Positions 36,501 to 48,500 of a stretch of 64,000 nucleotides of DNA are shown one piece after another (the stretch's first letter is position 1; each line of letters begins with the position of its first letter). The translations under genes were made by a program, and so were the position numbers. The stretch lies in the NCBI GenBank assembly GCA_052327205.1, contig CM126212.1:23932001-23996000 (forward strand). The letters are read 5' to 3'. The notes under the pieces are model-generated. The model was not told the origin of the DNA. It was given only the letters and a program-made list of their open reading frames with translations, and ran no database searches. The DNA comes from Somniosus microcephalus. Its lineage: Eukaryota.

Positions 36501-39500
36501 ACACCAAGCAGAATGGTTAGGTGAAATTGGGTTGACTGGTGGGCTGAAGGTTGAATTTGGCCAAATAAACTCATCTCATTTATAATCCTGATATCCAGCA
36601 GAGATTTTTTTCATTTGCCTCATCAATGACATAATCGATTTTAAAGCACCTTGGGCGAAAAAAAAAATCGAGTTTGGGGCATTAACTTCGTAGCGCCCTG
36701 GAAAAATTAGCGCCCCCACGCTGGAACTTCAGTGGTTGCGCCTCGAGGGAAGCGGGGCGCAACTGGAAACACCCCACATCCCTCTTCGGGCGCTGCGAGT
36801 CAATAACGTGGCGCTACGTGCCGCGGTATTGCAGGCCTTCCTCCCCTTCTTAAAGGGGAGGAGCCTTGCGCAGCGCGACCCTGGGCCCCCGGGGATCAGG
36901 AGTGCCGGCAAAAGAGCCCGGCACTCAAGAGAAACGCTGGGGCTCTTGGAGCACAGCCGGCACTCTGCGAGGGGGGGGGCCGTTCAGGAGGCTGGGGACG
37001 GGAACGCAGGCAGGTGCTGGCAGGCAGCCAGCAACAAAAATGGCCGCCCCGCACCTCACCTTTAAATTGCACCTCCCCAGCTGCAGGTCGCTGCATACGG
37101 CGATGACGTCATCGCCGGTGGCGCAGCGCCGCAGGATGCTACCGGTTAGCGCCGCTGCTAACCTCCCCCTTAAACTTCGCGGGAGGCGTGGGCGGCACCG
37201 CGCCCGGGCGCTAGTTGCTTTGCGCCCCTTTAGCGCCCTCTTGGGGAGGCACAAAGCATCTCAATTTTTTCCCCTTTATCTTTAAATGCTTGACATCCAT
37301 AGACAGAAGCTACATGTTCAGGCTCATCACCATACCTAGTGCTGAGAAAAATGTCATGCCCAGGGAAAATCTGAATTCCCAGTTCAATTTTGAAGCGTGT
37401 CATGTGGACAATATCAATGCAATTGCAAGGGTCTCAATTCAAACCTGGTCTTGCAGATCGTTCTGGGAGTGGGAATCCTCCTCCTCCTCATCCGTGCATT
37501 GAGTATCTCCGATTTAAGCGGGGGAGAATTCTATTTACAACCAGTCCGGAAATCCATAGTGGTTGATGAATCAGGAAATATAAAGCCAACATTTAGGAAC
37601 AAAGGTAAGATAATTAATTGTTCAGTTTTTAATGAAGATTCGTTAATGGAGATGTTTCTTTAAATCAATCATTAAACACAAGTTTAAACGGCCAGTCTGA
37701 ATAACTCCAGATGTTTAGGGAGGTCGGGACTAGCAGAGAAATGATTGACTCAGGTTTTGGTGGATTCATTGGAAAATCATTGACCCCCAACAGACAACAA
37801 ACCAAACTGTTCCCTGACTCGAACAGCAGGACCCCTTAGAATTCGGATGTGGCCAACACTGGCAAGGCAGTATTTATTGTTCATCCCCCCCACTCCCCGG
37901 TGCCCTGAGGGCGTTTAGATTCAACCCCACAGTGTGGGACTGGAGTCACATGTAGGCCAGACCAGGTAGGGGTGGCATTCTTATTCTAAATGATATCATA
38001 GTGAACCAGTTGGAGTTATATGATAACCCGGCAGCTTTCATGGTAATTTTCTGCTGCTAATTACCAGATCTTTAAAAAAATGCAATTTCACAACTAGCTG
38101 TGGTGGGATTTGAACTCATATCCTCTGGGTTACTATAAGCACTAGGCTACTGTACCCATGTACTCGTACAGCTCCTGTCCAGGCCCAGGAGCGTCACGAT
38201 TTCCTATCCCAGGCAATCTCCATGGCTTGGGAGCACCCCCCCCCCCCGACACAGTGCACCCCTTCACAGGACACAGTGCCGCTGGGAAACTGAGACACAG
38301 CCAGAAAGTCCCAATGAGACTTTGACAACTTGAAGGGGAAGGGAGGTTAAAAATGTCATTGAAGTATCTCCTGAAGTCTTGGGCCTAACCCTGGGACCCT
38401 CGCAGGCCCTCCAGTCAGAGAGGGTTCAAGGGCAGGCCACAGTGCTTTGGGAAAGCCTGGGCAGGGGCATCCAGTGAGCAGACAATCCAGAAAATGAAGC
38501 GGGAGGCCGGGAACATCTCTTCCCGGCTTCCTGTTGCATTGCTCAATGGACCCGAGCCTACTGCAGGCGCAGGCCAAGCTCTGCTCCCCAAAGGAAAAGC
38601 ACATAATTTAAATGAAATATAAGGAGACAGAGACCCGGAAAGACAAATAGAGTAATCGGGCTGGATTTTCATTGAGGAGGCGGGTAGGAGGCGGGACTAC
38701 AACTTTCGGGGTTGTAGTCCCGTCTCCATGGAGTTCTAGCCAACCCACGCGATTTTGACTTGATTGACCTTGTTGAGCCCGCCCAGCGGTCTCAGCAGGC
38801 CAATTAAGGGCCACCCGGCAACAGGTGACATCACAGATTGACATTTCATCTGTCAAGACCTTTTGACAGATGAAATATCAGCGTTTCACAGCTGTTTGAA
38901 GCTGTCAAACACTGACAATCTGTACTCCAGGTTAATTCCTTCCTCTCAGGATGATTTAGAGATCTCCCCGGAGCAGAAAGCAGAGGCTGCAGATTTGACA
39001 GCTGGCAGCCATTCTGCTTTCTGTGCCGGTGAGATGAGGGACTCCCGAGACCTGAAGGAAGGAAGCCTGAAAAGGTAAGTAAAGGTTAGTAAAACTTATT
39101 TAAACACTTTACACAGACCAAACACACTTACATCTGCACTCATGCACCCATCACTCACCTGAACATCAGACATCTCGACCCCTCCAAGCCTTTCATCCCG
39201 ACAGCCCGCCTCGCTAACTTGGCATGGTTTGGAGCCGTCGGGAATCCCACACTTCAACATTAAAAATAGGGATTAGGCTAAAAACTGCCTGTTAACTACC
39301 TGTTAACAGGCAGTTAATTGGCACTAATCCCCTTCCCGCCTCAGGGAGGCAGGTCCCAGTGCAGGGCGGGTACCCGCCTCCTTTGAAACTGACATGGAGG
39401 CGGGATGGGGTCGGAACCCCTGATTTCGGGATTTTAAACCCCCACACGCCTCCAATCCCGACTCCACGGCCCACTGAAAATCCTGCCCATAGTGTTATAC

Positions 39501-42500
39501 AGCACAGAAAGAGGCCCTTCGGCCCATCATGTCTGCGCCGGCCATCAAACCCTGTCTATTCTAATCCCATTTTCCAGCACTTGGTCCGTAGCCTTGTATG
39601 CTATGGCGTTTCAAGTGCTCATCTAAATGCTTCTTGAATGTTGTGAGGGTTCTGGCCTCTACCACCCTTTCAGGCACTGAGTTCCAGATTCCAGCCACCC
39701 TCTGGGTGAAAAAGTTTTTCCTCAAATCCCCCCTATACCTCCTGCCTCTTACCTTGAAACTATGCCCCCTGGTTATTGACCCCTCTACTAATGGGAAAAG
39801 CTCCTTTCTATCTACCCTATCTACGCCCCTCATAATCTCTGTCCCTTTTTCCTGAAGCGAGTGTTCCCCATGGGCAACGGTCAGGAAAGTTAGCCCTTCG
39901 GACTCTTGTTGCTAACTTATAATGGAGTCTTAACACTATATAGTCAGTCAGATCTCCCATCATTATAGTCTTTTGCCCATTAGCTGATTATTATGACACT
40001 GAATGGCATAATGTGCTAGTTCACAGAGAATGGTGCCAATCTGTCTATCCATGGACATCACCAGTCTCGGACAGGAATCATTGTTTATTATTGGAGTTCT
40101 CAATCAATGCAAATTTGAACTGATGTAGTCTTTACGGTAAGCAATGACTCAGGATACTGGACCGGACGTTATGTTTGTGAGTTTCCATCAAATTGGATCC
40201 GATTCACAATATATTTCAATTGCAAAATTGGTGCTTTCAAGTTGAAGATCAATAGATTTTTATAGGCTATCAAGGGATATGGAGCTGAGGCAGGTAAAAG
40301 GAGTTGAGTGACAGATCAGCCATGATCTAATTGAATGACGGAGCACTTTTTCAAGGGGGCTTTGAGGTGTCCTTGAAGCATTTCCTCTGCCCACCTGGGG
40401 CTCTTTTGCTGTGTCGGAGCTCAGAGTAGAGTGCATGCTTTGGGAGTCTTGTATCGGGCATGCAGACGATGTGGCCCGTCCATCGGAGCTGATCGAGCGT
40501 GGTCAAAGCTTCGATGCTGGGGATGTTGGCCTGAGCGAGAACACTGACGTTGGTGCGCCTATCCTGCCAATGGATTTGCAAAAGTTGCAAATCCTTGAAA
40601 AAGTGCAACATCCCCACTGACACCTGGGAATCCCTGGCCCAAGACCGCACAAAGTGGAGGAGAAGCATCCGGGAAAGCGCCGAACACCTCGAGTCTCTTC
40701 GCCGGGAGCAAGCGGAAGTCAAGCGCAAACAGCAGAAAGAGCGCACGTCAACCCAAGCACCCCACCCACCCGCCCACCCCTTCAACCACCGTCTGCCCCA
40801 CCTGTGACAGAGACTGTTGGTCCCGCATTGGACTCATCAGTCACCTGAGAACTCATTTTTAGTGTGGAAGCAAGTCATCCTCGGTTCCGAGGGACTGCCT
40901 AAGAAGAAGAATTAGAATGAATGCAGTTTCCTTGTTGATCCAGTTGCCAAGTGGCCGTTTAATGTTTCCAGGTGCGTCATTCAGCCTTTGTCTTAACAGC
41001 TAGGGGAGAATTTCCAGGCCAGATAAACGATATAAGCTATTGAGATTGAGGTGCCCCTGTTCACACGCTTTCAGCCAATGGTGCAGAGATGCAGGAGGAT
41101 TTTCACTAAAGGAGTACAATGCTGTACCTCGGACATTAATGCATTAGCACTCATTTTCCAGTTGAGATTTATTCTGCAGGAGTTTAACGTCTTGATTGTA
41201 CTACAGTACATAAACAGTGGCAGATGGCTGAGAGTAGGTTACTCATAAACAAGGTCAAAGGGCAAGTGTGCCTTTCAGCCCAAACGGGTGTCAAGTGTTT
41301 TATTTGAATACAACAGCTATCAAGAGTAGAGGAAAGTAATAAAAACAGGCCCAACCAGTTCCCATCCACCACCACCCTCCTCCGCCTGGCTGAACTTGTG
41401 CTCACATTGACCAACTTCTCCTTTGGCTCCACTCGCTTCCTCCAAATTAAAGGTGTTGCTATGGGAACTCGCATGGGTCCCAGCAATGCCTGCCTTTTTG
41501 TGGGATATTTGGAACACTCTTTGTTCCAGTCCTACTCAGGTTCCCTCCCTCACCTCTTTTTCCGGTACATTGATGACTGCATCGGTGCTGTTTCCTGCTC
41601 TTGCCCTGAACTAGAAAATTTCATTCACTTTGCTTCCAATTCCCACCCTTCCCTCACCTTCACATGGTCCATCTCCGACTCTTCCCTTCCCTCCCTCGAC
41701 TTCTCTGTCTCCATCTCTGGAGATAGGCTATTCACAAACATTCACTACAAGCCCACTGACTCCCACAGCTACCTGGACTACACTTCCTCCCACCCCGCTT
41801 CCTGTAAAGACTCTATTCCATTCTCCCAGTTTCTCCGTTTCCGCTGCATCTGCTCTGACGATGCCACCTTCCATACCAGTGCTTCCGACATGTCTTCCTT
41901 TTTCCTCAACCGAGGAATCCCCTCTACTGTGCTTGACACGGCCCTTGACCGTGTCCATTCTATTTCCCGTACTTCTGCTCTCACCCCTTCCCCTCCCTCC
42001 CGGAACCACGATAGGGTTCCCCTTGTCCTCACCTTTCACCCCACCTGCCTCCACATTCAATGGATCATCCTCCGCCATTTCCGCCACCTCCAGCACGATC
42101 CCACCACCAAACACATCTTCCCCTCACCTCCCCTTTCAGCATTCCGAAGGGACTGCTCCCTCTGCGACATCCTGGTCCACTCCTATACAACCCCCAGCAC
42201 CCCTTCCCCTTCGTCCGGCACCTACCCGTGTGATGTGCCTTCAATAACCACAAAACTAGAAGTTATAGACTTTAACAAGTTGGCTTTTAATCACTAAGAT
42301 CAGAGCTAACATCTCAACACACCGACTGGCTCACAGGAATGAGTCATACAGATCCTGAGATCTTTATGTAAGAGAAGTCAGGGGCGGAGCCAAGACCTGG
42401 AACCTTCCAGGTTAGTCAGGAAAGAGAAAGTGAAACTATACACCGTGTGGGGGAGGGTAATATACATGAGTGCAAAACGAATACAGGAAAATACAGGATC

Positions 42501-45500
42501 AAGACAAACAGATTTCATTACATTCACCCCTTCTTTAGATTTAGTCCATCGGGGTGATGTTTCTTAAAAGTTGGTATAAGTGAGTCTGTCAGGAGGTTTT
42601 GCAGTTCTCAGTGATCGGCGCAAAGCTGGTTGGGGTGCCTCTAGGGGAGTGGATTCTGGTTCCTCCGCTGTCCGGGCCTCCGCAGTGTCTTCCAGGTTAT
42701 CTGCAGTGTCCTCCAGGTTAAAGTTGGGTATTGATACCTCCGGGCGTCCTGTCTCTTTGTAGTGTAGGTCTTCCTCGGGTAGTCTCTCATCGTTCTCTCC
42801 GCTCCCCGAGGGAGCGAGGTCTTTTATGGAAACAGTGTCCTCTTGCCCGTCAGAGTATTCGATATAGGCGTACTGAGGGTTTGCATGGAGGAGCTGTACC
42901 TTTTCCACAAGGGGGTCCGTTTTATGGCCTCTCATGTGCTTCCGCAATAGTACTGTCTCCGGAGATGTCAGCCACGCGGGTAGAGATATGCCCGAGGTGG
43001 ATTTCCGGGGGAAAACGAACATCTTTTCGTGAGGGGTAGCGTTAGTGGCTGTACATAACAGAGACCTTATGGAGTGGAGCACGTCTGGGAGGACTTCCTG
43101 CCAGCGGGAGGTCGGAAGGCCTTTTGACTTTAAGGCTAACGTGACAGCCTTCCAAACAGCAGCATTATCCCTTTCCACTTGCCCATTACCCCGGGGGTTG
43201 TAGCTAGTGGTTCTGCTAGTGGCTATCCACTTTGAGAGCAAGAACTGGCGCAGTTCGTCACTCATGAATGACGTCTCCCTATCGCTGTGTATGTAGTTCG
43301 GCATGCCAAACATGCAGAATAGATTACAGAGACACTTGATGACCGTGGCACTGGTCATGTCTGGGCAGGGAATGGCGAAGGGGAAGCGGGAATATTCATC
43401 GATGATATTGAGGAAGTATACGTTATGGTCGGCAGAGGGAAGGGGTCCCTTGAAGTCCAGACTTAGGCGCTTGAATGGCCGTGTGGCTTTGATAAGGCAT
43501 GCACGGTCAGGCCTGTAAAAACGAGGCTTGCATTCCGCACAGATGCGGCAGGCTCTGGTCATTGCCCTGACCTCCTCGATGGAGTGGGGCAGATTGCGGG
43601 ACTTTATAAAATGGTATAGTCGGGTGACCCCTGGGTGACAGAGGTCGTTGTGGAGACCCTGTAATTTGTCCGTATGAATGCTGGCACACATTCCCCGCGA
43701 TAGGGCGTCTGGGGGTTCATTAAGGGGTCCCGGCCTGTACATAATATCATAGTCGAACGTGGATAGTTCGATCCTCCACCTGAGTATTTTGTCATTCTTG
43801 ATTTTCCCCCTTTGTTTGTTATTAAACATGAAAGCCACCGACCGCTGGTCGGTGAGCAGGGTGAAACGTTTGCCGGCTAGGTAGTGTCTCCAGTGCCGCA
43901 CTGCCTCCACTATAGCCTGTGCCTCCTTCTCGACAGAAGAGTGCCTGATTTCAGGTCCCTGAAGGGTTCGGGAGAAGAAGGCCACACGTCTCCCAGCCTG
44001 ATTGAGGGTCGCAGCTAAGGCAAAGTCTGACGCATCGCTTTCGACTTGAAAGGGAATGCTTTCGTCCACTGCACACAGTGCAGCCCTTTCAATGTCCTGT
44101 TTGATACTGGTGAAAGCCTCCCGAGCTTCAGCTGATAGTGGGAAGGACGTCGATTTAATGAGGGGTCGGGCCTTATCAGAGTAATTGGGCACCCATTGGG
44201 CATAATACGAAAAGAATCCCAGACACCTTTTTAAAGCTTTGGGATTGTGTGGCAGGGGCAGTTCCTTTAGAGGGCGTAATCGGTCAGGGTCCGGTCCAAT
44301 TACCCCACCTTCCACCACACAGCCGAGGATACAGAGACGGGTTGTGTTGAAGACACATTTGTCTTCGTTGTAGGTTAGATTCAGCTTTAGGGCAGTTTTT
44401 AAAAATCTCGCAAGATTTAGATCGTGGTCTTGCTGGTTGTGCCCGCAGATAGTGACATTGTCCAGATAGGGGTAGGTAGCTTGTAGTTTATTCGCGTCAA
44501 CCATGCGGTCCATCTCACGTTGGAAGACCGAGACCCCATTTGTTACCCCGAAGGGCACTCTGAGAAAATGGTAGAGGCGTCCGTTCACCTCAAAGGCGGT
44601 GTATGGGCGGTCCTCCGTTCTAATGGGGAGCTGGTGATACGCGGATTTGAGGTCGATAGTCGAGAAGACTCGGTATTGCGCAATCTGGTTGACCATTTCT
44701 GATATGCGGGGTAAAGGGTAGGCGTCCAGCTGGGTATAAATATTAACAGTCTGGCTGTAGTCAATTACCATCCATTTCTTTTCGCTATTTTTAACTATGA
44801 CTACTTGGGCACGCCACGGACTGGTACTGCATTCAATAATGCCTTCCCGCAGGAGCCTGTCCACTTCCGCCTTGATAAAGTGTCTGTCTTCCAGGCTGTA
44901 CCGTCTACTTTTGGTCGCTATGGGCCTACAGTTCGGAGCGAGATTAGCGAATAAAGAGGGCGGGCTGATTTTTAAGATTGATAGGCCACAGACTGTGAGT
45001 GGCGGCTGGGACCCGCCATATGCTAGCGTGACACTTTCGTGGTGGCACTGGAAGTCCAGGCCCAAGATTACATTAACACAGAGTTCTGGCATCACGAGGA
45101 GTTTAAAATCCTTGTAGTCCGTGCCTTTTACAGTCAGTGTTACCACACAGTAGCCCAAAATGTCCGAAGTGTGGGGCTTAGCAGCCATAGCAATTCTGCT
45201 CCGTGTAGGGGCTACCGTTAATGAGTGCCGCTGTACCAGGCTAGGGTGGATAAAACTCTCGGTACTCCCACAGTCAATTAAACATTTCGTTAAATTCCCA
45301 TTTACCTGTATGTCCATCATGGATTTTGTCAATGGGTGTGGCCTGGATTGATCCACCGTGATCGAAGCCACTGTTGGGCCCTGGGCAGCCGTTGAGTCGG
45401 GAAAAGATGGCGGATCCTGCGTGTAGCCAGCAGATGTCTGGCGTACACTTCGTTTACTGGCCTCTGGTATTGGGCCTTCAGGATAGTGATGGCCTCCGTG

Positions 45501-48500
45501 TAAGAGGTGGCGTCCCGGATCGGATGAACGAATAAATCCGATGACTAACGCGAGTAGTCAGTAGACTCAGTTTATCTACCTCGCTAGCGGATGAGGCCCT
45601 CGCGAAGAGTTCGAAGCATTTGAGCCTGTGTCCAAATTGATTTGATGCTTCAGCAGAATGTGAATCCAAGTCCAGACGCTCTGGTTTTAGGAGTCGATCC
45701 ATCCTAGTATTCTTTAGTGATTAAAATTGATGTGCCTTCAATAACCACAAAACTAGAAGTTATAGACTTTAACAAGTTGGCTTTTAATCACTAAGATCAG
45801 AGCTAACATCTCAACACACCGACTGGCTCACAGGAATGAGTCATACAGATCCTGAGATCTTTATGTAAGAGAAGTCAGGGGCGGAGCCAAGAGCCAAGAC
45901 CTGGAACCTTCCAGGTTAGTCAGGAAAGAGAAAGTGAAACTATACACCGTGTGGGGGAGGGTAATATACATGAGTGCAAAACGAATACAGGAAAATACAG
46001 GATCAAGACAAACAGATTTCATTACACCGTGCAAGTGCAGGAGATGCAACACGCCCTTTTACCTCCTCCCTTCCCACTGTCCAGGGCCCCAAAAACTCCT
46101 TCCAGGTGAAAGAGCGATTTACTTGTACTTCTTGCAATTTAGTATACTGTATTCGCTGCTCATGATGCGGTCTCCTCTACATTGGGGAGACCAAACGCAG
46201 ATTGGGTGACCGCTTTGCGGAACACCTCCGTTCAGTCTGTAAGGGTGACCCCGGGCTTCCGGTCGCCTGTCATTTTAATTCACCGCCCCATTCCCACTCA
46301 GACCTCGCCATCTGCGGCCTCTTACATTGTTCCAATGAAGCTCAACGTAAGCTCGAGGAGCAGCACCTCATCTTTCGATTAGGCACTTTACAGCCTTCTG
46401 GACTCAACATTGCGTTCAACAATTTCAGGCCATAACCTCGGCCCCTATTTTTTTCCCATTCATTTTATTTATTATTTATTTTTATTTTTTTCTCTCTCCC
46501 ACATGGCAGCTGTCTTTCATTCTGCCAGTGCCATTCATCTGGAGCCATCTTTTGCTTCTTAACTTGTCCCATTACCATCTTCTTTTGCCTTGCACTATCT
46601 CTTAATGTCTCTTAATCTCTCCTGCCTTCCATCCTATCACAGACCTTCCCTTTTGTTCTTTCCTCCCCTCCCCTCTTTCCCTGCCCCTGCACTTGCTTAA
46701 AAACCTGTTCCATCTCCAGCTTTTTCCAGTTCTGACGAAGGGTCATTGACCTGAAACGTTAACTCTGTTTCTCTCTCCACAGATGCTGCCTGACCTGCAT
46801 TTTCTGTTTTTATTTCAGATTTCCAGCCTCCGCAGTATTTTGCTTTTTGTAGAGGAAAGTAATATTTGCCGTCTGCTCAGAGGAAAGTCCAGGTCATGGT
46901 TACAGATGAGAATATAAAACTTTCATTACACAACAGCACATTGAGTGTACTTACGTGCCCCAGTCACTGAACTGGTAGTGTATGTAATTAGAAACCTGTG
47001 TACTACAAGTCGCTCCTTCCTTCCCAAAATCTTTTTCAATCCTTTCTAAACGGCAAACCTGGTGTCACTGAGTCAACATTTCTACCCTACTCTTTTCAGC
47101 CTTCGCAGAATCCTGCATCTGGGTCTTAGCCTTTACCTCGGTTTCTCAAGAGTAATCAAAGTCTATCGGGGCCATACACATGACCCGCCATCCACAGCCT
47201 CTATCAGCTGGAGATAGATTGTTGGAATACGGAAATGAAATTGTATTAATCTTTATCTGTTGGTTTTTAGGTCTGACGTTCTGCCGGGCCGCATATCTTT
47301 AATGATTTAAATTTACTTAAATGTCTAATATAATGGTCTTGTATTTCTAAGTGGACTGTGTGCAGGCTGGACCAATCATACAGTACGTCCTGTTATTATT
47401 CCCTACAATGTGACACCCACCCCTAAGACCCAAGTTTTACTTCAATAGGGCATTGATTTCACCAGAGAACAATCACAATGAACTGTTTTTCAAAGTGTTC
47501 GTCTCTGGAGATTTGCCTCCTCTCCTAAATGCGATGGTTCGTACTGGGGTACAGTTCCACGGTCACCCTCAGGTACTTGGTCACGTGACCATTCTTTACG
47601 TGTGAGGCGAGATAGTGATTTAACCCAGGTAGGTATCAACGCCAAGGTAGATTCCCCTACCCTCACTGGACACACGTGTGTGCACCTTCTAGCAGGAGTC
47701 ACTGGTTAGCAATCAGGGATGGGCTGATGCCCCCTTCCTAACCCAAGGGTGCTGAGATCAGCTGTAGCCCTCCCACACCAACCCTGGCAAGACTGCTAAC
47801 TCAGGACCACACCTTGAACCCTTCTGGTCTGGGTGACTCAGTGACGGGCTGCCTTCCTCATCTGAGCCATTGAGGGGGCTCTCAATTTTGCAAATGAGTG
47901 CCAAGTTCGACAAAAAGTAATAATAAAATGGATGTGCATGAAAATAATGGATCCTAGAAAAAGAATAGGGATTTTAGGTGGGAAGGATTGACAGAACCAT
48001 AATTCACCATAGCTTTAACACCCGTTCCGTGCAGGCAGGCAAGGAAGGTTTAGGAATATAGGAACATAGCAACGAGAGTAGAACATTAAGCCCCTTGAGC
48101 CTGTTCCGCCATTCAATTAGATCATAGCTGATCTGTACCATAACTCCATCTACCCACCGTGGTTCCATAACCCTTACTACCCTTGTCTAACAAAATCCTA
48201 TCAATCTCAGTTCTGAAATTTTCAGTTGATCTAGCCTCAACAGCTTTTTGGGGGGCAAGTGAGTTCCTGATTTCCACTACCCTTTGTATGAAGAAGTGCT
48301 CTACAACATCACCCATTGAACAGACTAGCTGTAATTTTAAGGTGAGGCACCCTTGTTCTGAATTCCCCCACCTGTAGGCTTGGCCTACTGAAATCCGGCA
48401 AGACCCCTGTGAAAATACACTAACTGACATGAATCAGTCATTCATGAAAAAAGACTTATGAAATAATACTGAGCGGCCTGCGGGTGGCGCTGTCCAGGGA

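Larger units (their letters stand above)
42231..46026 (-). mobile_element. Ty3/Gypsy LTR retrotransposon, young, gag partly deleted
   Basis: LTRs 42231-42522 and 45728-46026 (TG...CA, apparently identical except a 7-bp gagccaa duplication); 5-bp TSD ccgtg; PPT aaagaaggggtgaa next to the 3' LTR. Confidence 0.97.
41342..46848 (+). mobile_element. Penelope-like element (RT plus GIY-YIG endonuclease), 5'-truncated, interrupted by a Gypsy element
   Basis: RT motifs [10 protein letters not shown] and FRYIDD (ORF from 41398); [14 protein letters not shown]...[15 protein letters not shown] after 46031; 16-bp TSD gtagaggaaagtaata at 41326-41341 and 46849-46864. Confidence 0.92.

Noticed and set aside
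36729-37285. Cluster of overlapping GC-rich ORFs (likewise 53126-53708 and 56062-56489)
   Set aside because: Low stop-codon density in GC-rich sequence, mostly repeat-derived; no recognisable domains.
38950-39075. Candidate extra exon (ctctcag|GATGAT...AAAG|gtaagt)
   Set aside because: In the phase required by the preceding exon it hits an immediate TGA, and it lies inside a Harbinger-like element.
41398-42297. 299-aa ORF as a stand-alone gene
   Set aside because: A 5'-truncated Penelope RT fragment reading through into the inserted LTR.
47090-47310. Possible additional tail exons between 37604 and 48693 (AG sites near 47099 and 47270)
   Set aside because: In-frame stops follow shortly in the required phase and there are no convincing donor sites.
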